From positions 64,504 to 128,503 of the forward strand of contig DASCQF010000038.1 of the NCBI GenBank assembly GCA_036012905.1: DNA of 64,000 bases. Direction: 5' to 3'. Source of the DNA: Vicinamibacterales bacterium. Its GTDB lineage: Bacteria; Acidobacteriota; Vicinamibacteria; Vicinamibacterales; UBA8438. The notes under the pieces were generated by a model. That model did not search any database, was not told the DNA's origin, and worked only from the letters and a program-made list of their open reading frames with translations. How positions within the stretch are numbered: position 1 is the first letter of the stretch; every line of letters starts with the position of its first letter. This document shows, one piece after another, positions 35,608 to 44,558 of the stretch. The position numbers and the translations under genes are program-made.

Positions 35608-36162
35608 ATGACGAGCCGACAGCGATCCAATCTGGCGGGCCTGATGTGCGCGTGTGTCGCGGCGCTCGCTTGCAGCGGGTGCGGGTATTCGCTCGCCGGG
35701 CAGGGGTCATTCCTGCCCGACTACATCCAGACGATCGGCGTGCCGATGTTCGAGAACGCAACGACGGTGTTCGAGGTGGAGCAGAACTTGACCCAGGAGG
35801 TTCGGACGGCCTTCATTGGGCGTGGGCCATACACGGTCATCGCGTCCGATACCGGCGTCGACGCCTTGCTCGCCGGCACGATCACCGGTATCACGATCCT
35901 GCCGGCGACATTCACCGCGCAGCAGCAGGCCTCGCGCTACATCTTTACCCTGAGCGCCGCGATCGAGTTTCGCGATCTGACGACCAACGAGATTCTCTGG
36001 GAGAATCCCGCGCTCACCTTTAGCGACGAGTACGAGGTGGCGTCTGGGACCGGTGGTGAACTGGATGCCTCGACGTTCTTCGGCCAGCAGTCGAACGCCG
36101 TTGAGCGGGTGGCCAAGGATTTCGCCGGTACGGTCGTGAGCTCGATTCTGGAGGCGTTCTAG
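35608..36162 (+). CDS. lptE: LPS-assembly lipoprotein LptE
   Basis: Lipobox LACSGC followed by GYSLAG. Conserved leuS-lptE-holA synteny. Confidence 0.75.
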   Translation: MTSRQRSNLAGLMCACVAALACSGCGYSLAGQGSFLPDYIQTIGVPMFENATTVFEVEQNLTQEVRTAFIGRGPYTVIASDTGVDALLAGTITGITILPATFTAQQQASRYIFTLSAAIEFRDLTTNEILWENPALTFSDEYEVASGTGGELDASTFFGQQSNAVERVAKDFAGTVVSSILEAF

Positions 36163-36208
36163 CGACGCGGTGCCGAGAGCCCTCGACGATCGACGGCACC
36201 GCATCGCT
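36163..36208 (+). terminator. GC-rich stem-loop directly after lptE (possible terminator or attenuator, no U tract)
   Basis: gcggtgccg (36167-36175) pairs perfectly with cggcaccgc (36194-36202). The stem is extended by agcga/tcgct. Confidence 0.3.
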
Positions 36209-36225
36209 AGACAGCATTTATCATA

Positions 36226-36243
36226 GCCCCGCTACGCGGGGGC
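36226..36243. repeat. GC-rich imperfect palindrome, 18 nt (inverted copy of 18905-18922)
   Basis: gccccgctacgcgggggc is the exact reverse complement of the 18905-18922 sequence. Confidence 0.7.
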
Positions 36244-36361
36244 TAGACGCCCACTACAGACGGGCGTCCAGCTGCTCTAGGGTCTGCCGTGACGGCGTCC
36301 CGAAGCCCGCAGCCCGATGCCCCACAGCGGGCCAGAGCGCGTAACGCTGGCCCCATCCTCC

Positions 36362-37342
36362 ATGGGCACCATCACACCAAGCGCGGCGCACAAGCGAATT
36401 GCGTCCGGCGATCTGGACCCCGTCTATCTGGTGCTGGGGGACGATGCTGTAGAGACGGCTGAGATGGCCGACGCCTTCCAGGAAGTCGTGGACGACGGCT
36501 TGCGGGCGTTCAACGTCGTGCGGCTGTATGGAGGCGATGCGACTTTGGGACAGGTCATCGACGCGGCAAACACGCTGCCGATGATGGCGCCGCGTCGCAT
36601 CGTCATCGTGCTGCGAGCGGAGCACTGTCTCGTGCCGAAGCGCGAGAGCCGCGCCACGGCTGCAGACTTGGAGGAATTCGAAGCTTATCTTACAGACCCT
36701 CACCCGCACGCCAGTCTCATCCTCGTCGCCGGCGACCTCGACAAGCGTCGCAGCATCACGAAGCGGTTGCTCAAGACTGCGACGGTGGTGACCTGCGGCG
36801 TTCTCGACACCCTCGCCGATGCTGAGCGATGGGTGCGGCGGCGCGTCTCCGCCGAGGGCATGTCGATCGAGCCGGCAGCCGCCCGTCTGCTCGCGGAGCA
36901 GGTGGGTCCGAATCTCACGCGACTGCGTGGTGATGTCGAACGGCTCTTGATCTTTGCCACCGGACAGTCGTCTATCGGGGTGGCCGACATCCGGGAGATC
37001 GCCGGCCCGGCAGCGGCGCATGATGACTGGGGGGTTGCCAGAGCGATCGAGCACGGCCAGACGGCCCAAGCGCTGAAAGAGCTGGCGTTGGTGCTCGAAT
37101 CTGGCGCCGCAGCCTACATGGTGCTGGGGCAGCTGGCCTGGGTGGTGAGAACGAAGCTGCCGTCCGCACGGCTTCCCGATGCGGTTGAGGCACTGTTCCG
37201 AACCGACCTGGCTCTGAAGAGCTCGGCTGGCGACCACCGGGTTCTGCTGGAGCGACTCGTATTGGAGCTATGCAGCGCGGGTCTTGGGGGGGCTGGTGGA
37301 CGTCGACCCCAGGGCCGGCGCGTCGTGAGTAAGCTGAGTTAA
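36362..37342 (+). CDS. holA: DNA polymerase III delta subunit HolA
   Basis: DPVYLVLGDD N-terminal motif, length, and leuS-lptE-holA synteny. ATG 36317 is an alternative start. Confidence 0.75.
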   Translation: MGTITPSAAHKRIASGDLDPVYLVLGDDAVETAEMADAFQEVVDDGLRAFNVVRLYGGDATLGQVIDAANTLPMMAPRRIVIVLRAEHCLVPKRESRATAADLEEFEAYLTDPHPHASLILVAGDLDKRRSITKRLLKTATVVTCGVLDTLADAERWVRRRVSAEGMSIEPAAARLLAEQVGPNLTRLRGDVERLLIFATGQSSIGVADIREIAGPAAAHDDWGVARAIEHGQTAQALKELALVLESGAAAYMVLGQLAWVVRTKLPSARLPDAVEALFRTDLALKSSAGDHRVLLERLVLELCSAGLGGAGGRRPQGRRVVSKLS

Positions 37343-37605
37343 CCCGCCGCGCCGGCGAGCCGTTTGGCGAGCCGAGATTTGTATCGCGCCGCAGTGTTGT
37401 CGTGGATGATGCCCTTGGCGGACATCTTGTCTATCAGCGAGACGGTGCCGTTGAGAACCGACCGCGCTTCGTCGGTTTTGCCCTGGTCGATTGCCGTACG
37501 TAGCGACTTCAACGCGCGGCGCAGCCGGGTTCGCATCCCCCGGTTCCGCGCACGTCGGACAAGGTCCTGTTTATGCGCCTTCAACGTGTTTTTGTGATTG
37601 GCCAA
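37339..37605 (-). CDS. rpsT: 30S ribosomal protein S20
   Basis: MANHKNTLKAHKQDLVRRARNRGMRTRLR... Confidence 0.95.
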   Translation of the reverse strand: MANHKNTLKAHKQDLVRRARNRGMRTRLRRALKSLRTAIDQGKTDEARSVLNGTVSLIDKMSAKGIIHDNTAARYKSRLAKRLAGAAG

Positions 37606-37667
37606 AACGTCGTGGATCCTTTCCGTTCCTTGCTGCCCGCCGGTCCTGACCGGCCAGACGACCCTTC

Positions 37668-37676
37668 ATTATAGCA
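37668..37676 (-). promoter_or_regulatory. Candidate extended -10 promoter (TGcTATAAT) for rpsT
   Basis: The reverse complement of attatagca is TGCTATAAT, about 60 nt upstream of the rpsT ATG. Confidence 0.4.
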
Positions 37677-37708
37677 CTTGCGGACGGTGGGGCGACGCTT
37701 TGCGGCCC

Positions 37709-38137
37709 TTACCGACCCTTCAGGCGACGTAATGTGCGGCGTTGCCGCTTGTCCAGTCTCGGGGGCGTCCCGGTTGCGGTGCGTCCAGAACCCCGGCGAC
37801 GTGGGCCGCCCGGTGAGCCACCGAGACGGAGCAGCTCGAGCTCGGCTGCGGTCGGTGCCGGGGTGACGTCATCATAGAGTGTCCTCGCCGTCGCCTTCGG
37901 GAGGTGCTGCGTGGCGAGGGATCGCACGACCACCTGTTGTCGTCGGCCGTTCGGGCGTGTTATCGAGAGCCGGTCACCCTGCTGAATCGTCCGGTGCGGT
38001 TTGGCGCGCTGACCGTTCACATCGACCTTGCCGCCGCGACAGGACCGTTGGGCCTCCGACCGGGTCTTGAACAGACAGGCGACGTCGAGCCAGACATCAA
38101 GTCGGGCACGGTCGTTCGCAGCGTCCTCTGGTGGCAC
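37709..38137 (-). CDS. S4-domain RNA-binding protein (Hsp15/HslR-like)
   Basis: RLDVWLDVACLFKTRSEAQRSCRGGKVDVNGQRAKPHRTIQQGDRLSI. Confidence 0.75.
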   Translation of the reverse strand: MPPEDAANDRARLDVWLDVACLFKTRSEAQRSCRGGKVDVNGQRAKPHRTIQQGDRLSITRPNGRRQQVVVRSLATQHLPKATARTLYDDVTPAPTAAELELLRLGGSPGGPRRRGSGRTATGTPPRLDKRQRRTLRRLKGR

Positions 38138-38145
38138 CTTGGTCG

Positions 38146-38898
38146 CTAGCGCCGGGAGCCGTCGTCGTCGGCTGGGCGTGGCGCCGGTGGGACATCCGAA
38201 TAGGTCGGGATGCGCCGACCATTTCTCACTTCGTAGCTCTTGTAAATGGTCTGGCCGTTCGACACGGTGGCCGAGCGGTCCCGGTCCGTCACGGTCGTGG
38301 ACGAACGGACGCGGTCGAGATAGTTTCTGGTTTCGCGGTACGGCGGGACCTGGTTGCCATACCGCGCCACCGCTTCTGGTCCGGCGTTGTAGGCGGCCAG
38401 AGCGAGCTCTTCGTTGCCGTCATAGCGGTCGAGGAGTTGGCGTAGGTAGGCGACACCGCCACGGACGTTCTGGTCGGGGTCGTAGGGGTCCGTCACTTGC
38501 AAGTCGGCTGCCGTGGCCGGCATCAGCTGCATCAGTCCCATCGCACCCTTCTCCGAATGGGCTCGCGGGTCGAAGGCCGATTCGACCTGGATGATCGCCC
38601 GCACGAGATCGGGCCGCACGGCGTGGCCGGTCGCTTCCCTCAGGATGATCGCATCGAGGCTCTGGCCTGGAACGGGCCGGGCAGCGCGAGTCGCACGAAT
38701 CGCCGACGTTCCACGCACCGGAACGGTTGTCACCGCCCCCATACGCGGGGTATCTGACAGGACCAGCACGCCGCCAGCCTCGCGCCACGAGTAGATTTGC
38801 GCCTCGGCGGCTCCGGAGAAGCCCACGAAGACGGTCGCGACGAGGAGACCGCCGAGCAGTCTCTTGGTCGCGAGCGAGTGTGTCGGGACACGGAACAT
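38146..38898 (-). CDS. Lytic murein transglycosylase (SLT domain) with N-terminal DUF4124-like segment
   Basis: Signal peptide from ATG 38898. SLT motifs IIQVESAFDPRAHSEKGAMGLMQLMP and AAYNAGPEAV. Confidence 0.8.
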   Translation of the reverse strand: MFRVPTHSLATKRLLGGLLVATVFVGFSGAAEAQIYSWREAGGVLVLSDTPRMGAVTTVPVRGTSAIRATRAARPVPGQSLDAIILREATGHAVRPDLVRAIIQVESAFDPRAHSEKGAMGLMQLMPATAADLQVTDPYDPDQNVRGGVAYLRQLLDRYDGNEELALAAYNAGPEAVARYGNQVPPYRETRNYLDRVRSSTTVTDRDRSATVSNGQTIYKSYEVRNGRRIPTYSDVPPAPRPADDDGSRR

Positions 38899-38960
38899 CA
38901 CTTGCGCACCATACCGTACATATCGGGGCGCGACCGCAGGCGCGTTAGAGGCTGCACCCG

Positions 38961-41657
38961 TCACCCCGCGAGCATCCCGGCTACGACTGTGCGGCTTTCG
39001 GCCAACAGCACGTCGATTCTCTCCGGCTGCCGGCCGCCGGCCTGGGCGAAATCGGGCCGCCCACCCCCACCGCCACCGACAATCGGCGCGATCGCCTTGA
39101 CGACCTTCCCGGCGTGTACCCGCTCGGTAAGATCCTTGCTGACCGACACGACCAGCGCCACCTTGCCCCCGTTTTCCGAGGCCAGCACCACCACTCCTCG
39201 CCCGAGACGGTCACGCAGCGAATCGGCCAGACCGCGCAAGGAGCCCTTCTCCAGCCCCGATACGCGTCGTGCGATCAACCGGGCATCGCCTATCTCGACT
39301 GCGTCGTCACCACCCGCGCTACTGTGGGTCCCGAGCGCCGCTTTCATCTTCAGCTGTTCGAGCTCGCGCGTCAGCCGCTTGGTCTCGGCAGTCAGCCGCT
39401 CGACCGTCTCGACGGCCTGTGTTCCGGGGACGCCCAGAGCGACCAGCACCTGGTCGAGTGACGAGCGCTGTGCCTGGAGGTGGGCCACGGCGCCCGCGCC
39501 GGTGACCGCCTCGATTCGGCGCACACCTGCCGCGACCCCAGTCTCCTGAGTGATCGCCAACAGACCGATGTCGCCGGTGGCGCGGCAGTGCGTTCCCCCG
39601 CAGAGCTCCATGCTCACGCCTGACACCGACACAACCCGCACCGATTCGCCGTACTTTTCGCCAAAGAGCGCCATCGCGCCGGAGTCAATCGCCTCCTGGG
39701 TCGAGCGTGTCTCAGTGTCAACCGCGTCGTTTTCGTAGATGTGGGTGTTGACATCGCGCTCGATGGCGTCGAGCACGTCACGGCCGATTGGTGCGCCATG
39801 CGCGAAATCGAACCTGAGCCGGTCGGGCGCGACCAGCGACCCGGCCTGCTTGACATGGGTGCCGAGCTGTTTCCGCAACGCGGCATGCAGGAGATGCGTC
39901 GCGGTATGGTTGCGGCGAATTGCGTCCCGGCGCGGCGCGTCGACTTCCGCCGTCACGCGCTGTCCCACATGGAGCGCGCCGGCCGTGACCGTGACGCGGT
40001 GCAGCCGTGGCCAGCCTGGGACCGGTCTGGAGACGTCATTCACGGCGGCCCGGGCGCCGTCGTCTGTCCTGAGCTCACCCTCGTCCGAGACTTGTCCGCC
40101 CGCCTCCAGATAGAAAGGGCTCTGCCGGAGTGCCGCGAAGCCGGCTTCACCGGCTGACAGCCGGTCGACCTGCACCCGATCCTCACCGAAGAGCTGTGTG
40201 AGCGGAGTTTCGACGCACCCGGTCTCGTAACCGACGAAGTCGTCAGGTTGGTCGGCCAGACCGTCTCGACCCGGTGTCGTGCTCATGACAAAGGAGGCAT
40301 CCTCCCCATCGCTGCCAAACTTCGCCCTCGCGCGCGACTGATTGCGCTGCGCCTCGAGCGCCGCCTCGAAGCCGTCGCGGTCGACGCTGACCGTTCGCTC
40401 ACCGGCCAGATCCTCGATGAAGTCCAGAGGGAGCCCGTAGGTGTCGTACAACCGAAAGATCTCCTGCCCGGGCAGCACACCTCCGGCGCTCGCCGCCAGC
40501 GCCGACTCGAGTCTGGGCAGCCCGTCGTTGAGGACCGCATCGAACCGCTCCTCTTCGGTGCGGACGACTTGAGCGATCGTGTCGCGGCTCGTGGCCAGCT
40601 CGGGGTAGGCCGCACCCATCTCTGTCACCAGGACGTCTACAAGCTGGTGGAGGAACGGGCCTGTCATGCCGAGCTTCTTGCCGTGCCGCATCGCGCGGCG
40701 CATGATCTTGCGGAGCACGTAGCCGCGCCATTCGTTGGAGGGCATGATCCCGTCGGCAATCAGAAAAGTCATGGCGCGGAGGTGATCGGCCACAACCCGC
40801 ATCGAGACGTCGTGAACGCCCGGCGACGCCTGGGGCGTGTGAGGGCCGTAGACTCGGCCCGTCTGGTCTCCGATCGCGCCAAGAAGTGGCGTGAACAGGT
40901 CGGTGTCGTAGTTCGAGACCTTGCCTTGCAGCACCGCGACGATCCGCTCGAGTCCCATCCCGGTGTCGATCGAGGCGGCCGGTAACGGCGCCAGATGTTT
41001 CTCGGTGTCCCGGTCGAACTCCATGAACACGTTGTTCCAGATCTCGACGTAGCGGTCGCAACTGCAGTCGATGCCACGGCAGACCGGTTCGTTGCACGGG
41101 AGCGCGTCGCCACGGTGGTAGTGCACTTCCGAGCAGCGGCCGCAGGGACCGGTGTCGCCCATCGCCCAGAAGTTTTCCCCCATGCCGAGCTCGACGATTC
41201 GGTCGGCCGGAACCAGCGTGCTCCAGATGGAGTGCGCCTCGTCGTCGCGCGGTATCCCGGACTCGCCCTTGAACACAGTCGGAACAAGTCGTTCGGGTGG
41301 TAGCCGCCACACCTCGGTCAGGAGCGTCCAGGCAAACGGGATCGCCTCCTTCTTGAAGTAGTCGCCGAAAGAAAAGTTCCCCAGCATCTCGAAAAACGTG
41401 TGGTGACGCCAGGAGGGGCCGACGTTGTCGAGGTCGTTGTGTTTCCCGCTGACCCGCATGCATTTCTGGGAGGTGGTGGCGCGCGTGTATGACCGCCGTT
41501 CCCGCGCGAGAAACAGATCCTTGAACTGGTTCATCCCCGCATTGGTGAACAATAACGTCGGATCGTCGTTCGGCACGAGTGACGCACTTCGCACGATCTG
41601 ATGGCCCTCGCGGGCAAAAAAGTCGAGAAAGCTCTGGCGAACCTCACTGGACGTCAT
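38961..41657 (-). CDS. alaS: Alanyl-tRNA synthetase
   Basis: MTSSEVRQSFLDFFAREGHQIV, FTNAGMNQFK, editing-domain HTATHLLH, C-terminal DHHA1-like GGGGGRPDFAQAGG. Start at ATG 41657, not the longer ORF. Confidence 0.95.
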   Translation of the reverse strand: MTSSEVRQSFLDFFAREGHQIVRSASLVPNDDPTLLFTNAGMNQFKDLFLARERRSYTRATTSQKCMRVSGKHNDLDNVGPSWRHHTFFEMLGNFSFGDYFKKEAIPFAWTLLTEVWRLPPERLVPTVFKGESGIPRDDEAHSIWSTLVPADRIVELGMGENFWAMGDTGPCGRCSEVHYHRGDALPCNEPVCRGIDCSCDRYVEIWNNVFMEFDRDTEKHLAPLPAASIDTGMGLERIVAVLQGKVSNYDTDLFTPLLGAIGDQTGRVYGPHTPQASPGVHDVSMRVVADHLRAMTFLIADGIMPSNEWRGYVLRKIMRRAMRHGKKLGMTGPFLHQLVDVLVTEMGAAYPELATSRDTIAQVVRTEEERFDAVLNDGLPRLESALAASAGGVLPGQEIFRLYDTYGLPLDFIEDLAGERTVSVDRDGFEAALEAQRNQSRARAKFGSDGEDASFVMSTTPGRDGLADQPDDFVGYETGCVETPLTQLFGEDRVQVDRLSAGEAGFAALRQSPFYLEAGGQVSDEGELRTDDGARAAVNDVSRPVPGWPRLHRVTVTAGALHVGQRVTAEVDAPRRDAIRRNHTATHLLHAALRKQLGTHVKQAGSLVAPDRLRFDFAHGAPIGRDVLDAIERDVNTHIYENDAVDTETRSTQEAIDSGAMALFGEKYGESVRVVSVSGVSMELCGGTHCRATGDIGLLAITQETGVAAGVRRIEAVTGAGAVAHLQAQRSSLDQVLVALGVPGTQAVETVERLTAETKRLTRELEQLKMKAALGTHSSAGGDDAVEIGDARLIARRVSGLEKGSLRGLADSLRDRLGRGVVVLASENGGKVALVVSVSKDLTERVHAGKVVKAIAPIVGGGGGGRPDFAQAGGRQPERIDVLLAESRTVVAGMLAG

Positions 41658-41661
41658 TCGG

Positions 41662-42147
41662 CTATTCTTCCACAAAAGTGATGTCTCGCCCGGCGCGCGA
41701 TAACAGCGCCTTCGCGACGCGATCGGGGGGAAAACCCTGCCGCAACAGCGCCTGATTGAGTCGGCGGAGCTCGGCGCGGTCGCGAATCGGGCCATGCACC
41801 CGTTTCGCGATGGCACGTTCGAGCACTGCCTGCTCGTCGACCTCGTCGAACACCTCGGAAACGGCGCGGCGAGCTGTTTGGGTGGCGATCCCGAGCGCCT
41901 CGATTTCCCGCCGGGTCCGGCTCTTGCCGCGGAGCTTCACTTCGGCGGCACGCCGGGCGTAGGCGAGCGCCGTCCGAGCGTCGTCGACCGCTCCCTCGCG
42001 GGCAAGCCGCGCGATCGCGGTCTCGATCTCGGAGGGAGCAAGCTCACGCCGTGTCAACCGATCACGGAGTTGAGCCGTCGACAGCTCCCGCCGCGCGAGC
42101 AGACGCAAGCCGATCTGGTAAGCGCTCGGCTCTCGCGTTTGTGACAT
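41662..42147 (-). CDS. recX: RecA regulator RecX
   Basis: LRLLARRELSTAQLRDRLTRRE... three-helix repeat pattern, length, and position upstream of alaS. Confidence 0.8.
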   Translation of the reverse strand: MSQTREPSAYQIGLRLLARRELSTAQLRDRLTRRELAPSEIETAIARLAREGAVDDARTALAYARRAAEVKLRGKSRTRREIEALGIATQTARRAVSEVFDEVDEQAVLERAIAKRVHGPIRDRAELRRLNQALLRQGFPPDRVAKALLSRAGRDITFVEE

Positions 42148-42176
42148 AGGTGACAGGCCCTGATTGGGTCAGCAAC

Positions 42177-42296
42177 GGTGGCCGGCGCGCAGCGGCCGGC
42201 TGGCAAGGCGCGACGAGGGAGCATACAGGCGGGATGCGACCCCGCTGAGCGAGAAGGGCATCGCCGTCCCGCCGCGGCCGCTGCGCGCCGGCCACC
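42177..42296. repeat. 120-bp element with perfect 22-bp inverted termini; its core is homologous to the 256-bp tandem repeat unit
   Basis: 42177-42198 is the exact reverse complement of 42275-42296. The core at 42194-42241 (ggccggctggcaaggcgcgacgagggagcatacaggcgggatgcgacc) matches the reverse complement of the repeat-unit segment ggtcgcatacggcctgtatgctccctcgacgcgcctggctggcc. Confidence 0.8.
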
Positions 42297-43450
42297 TAGT
42301 CTCCGAACCGGGTGACTGACGGCGGCTCGTCGCTACCGCTCGGCGCGCGGGCCATGTCGCTCTGCGCGGCGTCGCCGGTCGCGGTCACACCCTGGAGGCG
42401 CAGCTTGAACTCTTCGGGGTTGCTGGCCCATCGAAGCGCCATGTCGCGAGTGACGTGGCCGCGCTCATACAGTCCGTAGATGGACTGGTCGAATGTCTGC
42501 ATTCCGTATTGCGACGTGCCCGCGGCGATCGCGCCTTCGATGAGGTGCGTGCGTTCCGGGTCCACGATGCAGTCACGGATGAACGGGGTATTGACCATGA
42601 CCTCGACGGCCGCGCTGCGCCCGGTCTCATCGATCCGGGGAATGAGCCGCTGCGATACGATCGCCCGGAGCACACTGGCAATCTGCATCCGGACCTGTTG
42701 GTGCTGGTGGGTTGGAAAGACCGCGACCAGACGATTGATCGTCTCGGTAGCGTCGAGCGTGTGTACGGTCGACATCACGAGGTGTCCGATCTCGGCCGCG
42801 GTCAGCCCCGTTTCGACCGTCTCGAGATCGCGCATTTCGCCGACCAGGATGACATCGGGGTCCTGTCGCAGTGCGCTGCGGAGGGCGTCAGCGAACGAGC
42901 GCGTGTCGACGTGTACTTCCCGTTGATTGATGATCGACTGGACGTCCTGATGGAGATACTCGATCGGGTCCTCCACCGTCATGACGTGGGCGGCGCGGGT
43001 GTGGTTGATGTGGTCGATCAGTGCCGCCAGCGTAGTGCTCTTGCCGCTGCCGGTGGTGCCGGTCAGCAGAATGAGCCCGCGTTCCTCTTCGGCGATCGTT
43101 TTCAGAACCGGCGGCAGATCGAGATCGTCGAGCGACTTGACCTGAATCGGGATGACACGGAGGACCATGGCGACCGTGCCGCGCTGGCGAAACACGTTGC
43201 AGCGGAAACGCCCAAGCCCGGCGACACTGTGGGCAAAATCTACCTCGTGGTCTCGGGCAAAGCGCGGGTGAAGCCCCGTAGGCACCAACCCGGCCGCCAT
43301 CGTCTCCAGTGTGGCGGGTTCGAGACGATTCTCCTCGGCGATCGGACACAGCTTTCCATGGAGCCGCATCATCGGAGCGTTGCCGCTCTTGAGATGGAGA
43401 TCGGACGCGCCGGCTTGCACCGCCGCGGCGAGAAGCTCGGTGATATCCAT
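42296..43450 (-). CDS. pilT: Type IV pilus retraction ATPase PilT/PilU family
   Basis: ASDLHLKSG, Walker A GTTGSGKSTTLAA, ILVGEMRD, and His box MSTVHT. Confidence 0.85.
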   Translation of the reverse strand: MDITELLAAAVQAGASDLHLKSGNAPMMRLHGKLCPIAEENRLEPATLETMAAGLVPTGLHPRFARDHEVDFAHSVAGLGRFRCNVFRQRGTVAMVLRVIPIQVKSLDDLDLPPVLKTIAEEERGLILLTGTTGSGKSTTLAALIDHINHTRAAHVMTVEDPIEYLHQDVQSIINQREVHVDTRSFADALRSALRQDPDVILVGEMRDLETVETGLTAAEIGHLVMSTVHTLDATETINRLVAVFPTHQHQQVRMQIASVLRAIVSQRLIPRIDETGRSAAVEVMVNTPFIRDCIVDPERTHLIEGAIAAGTSQYGMQTFDQSIYGLYERGHVTRDMALRWASNPEEFKLRLQGVTATGDAAQSDMARAPSGSDEPPSVTRFGD

Positions 43451-43473
43451 ACGGCCGTTTCGTCCGGGGCCAA

Positions 43474-44448
43474 TCAGCTGGACTTGGCCGTTGCGATCGC
43501 TTCGGGTGCCGTGGTGTGTCTCTGATACACGTGGGTGAGCCAGCCGTGCGTGTCCGGCAGGTTGCCGTTGACGACGTCAAAAAACCGGCGCTGGATGGCG
43601 GCGGTGACCGGACCTCGTCCGCCGTCTCCGATGGCGATTTTGTCGACACTCCGGATCGGGGAGATCTCGGCCGCGGTGCCGGTGAAGAATATTTCGTCGG
43701 CGATGTACAACATCTCGCGCGGTATCGGTTGCTCGTGCACCGGGAACCCCAGATCGCGCGCCAGCGTCATGATGACGTCGCGTGTGATGCCCGGTAGCAC
43801 CGACCCGCCCATCTGCGGCGTGAAGACGACGCCGTCACGGATGATGAAAATGTTCTGGCCGCTACCTTCACTGACCAGCCCGCCCGGGTCGAGGGCGATC
43901 CCCTCGCTATATCCGTTCAGGGACGCCTCCATCTTGATGAGCTGAGAGTTGGCGTAGTTGGCGGTTGACTTGGCCATCGCCGGGAACGTATTCGGTGCAC
44001 TGCGGGCCCAGGAGCTGACCTGCACGTCGACACCCTTCTCGAGCGCGTCGTCGCCAAGATACGCGCCCCACTCCCACACCAGGATCGTGGCTTCGACTGG
44101 GCACTTGAACGGGCTGACGCCCAGCTCGTGATAGCCGCGGTAGAGCAGGGGACGGATGTAGCAGGCGCTATAGCCGTTGGCGCGGATCGTGTCGAGCACC
44201 GCCTCGTGGAACGCCGGCAGATCGAGGTCGTAGACCATCCGATAGACTTTCGCCGAGTCGTACAGACGGCGAAGATGTGCGTCGAGCCGGAAACAGACCG
44301 ACCCGTTCGGTGTGTCGTAACACCGTGCACCCTCGAAGACACCGCTGCCATAGTGGATGACGTGCGACCCGATATGGATCTTTGCATCGTCCCAGTCCAC
44401 GAGGACGCCGTTCATCCAGATTTTGCCGCGACCGAAACTCATTGCCAA
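43474..44448 (-). CDS. ilvE: Branched-chain amino acid aminotransferase
   Basis: IWMNGVLVDWDDAKIHI, HYGSGVFEG, FTPQ..SVLPGITR, TGTAAEI. Confidence 0.9.
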   Translation of the reverse strand: MAMSFGRGKIWMNGVLVDWDDAKIHIGSHVIHYGSGVFEGARCYDTPNGSVCFRLDAHLRRLYDSAKVYRMVYDLDLPAFHEAVLDTIRANGYSACYIRPLLYRGYHELGVSPFKCPVEATILVWEWGAYLGDDALEKGVDVQVSSWARSAPNTFPAMAKSTANYANSQLIKMEASLNGYSEGIALDPGGLVSEGSGQNIFIIRDGVVFTPQMGGSVLPGITRDVIMTLARDLGFPVHEQPIPREMLYIADEIFFTGTAAEISPIRSVDKIAIGDGGRGPVTAAIQRRFFDVVNGNLPDTHGWLTHVYQRHTTAPEAIATAKSS

Positions 44449-44558
44449 TCCTGCCGATCCGCCACGCTATCAGACACTTAGCAGGCTTTCATATGACAGT
44501 GTAGTGTTCCACTCGGTTGTGGCGCAACAGAAATGCCGGTCCCGTCGGCGTGACGGAG

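Noticed and set aside
42062-42295. A 77-aa minus-strand ORF in the recX-pilT spacer, sharing a peptide (GRIPPVCSLVAP...) with ORFs in the tandem repeat.
   Set aside because: The shared peptide merely reflects the shared nucleotide repeat core. The ORF spans an element with 22-bp inverted termini and has no coding signature.
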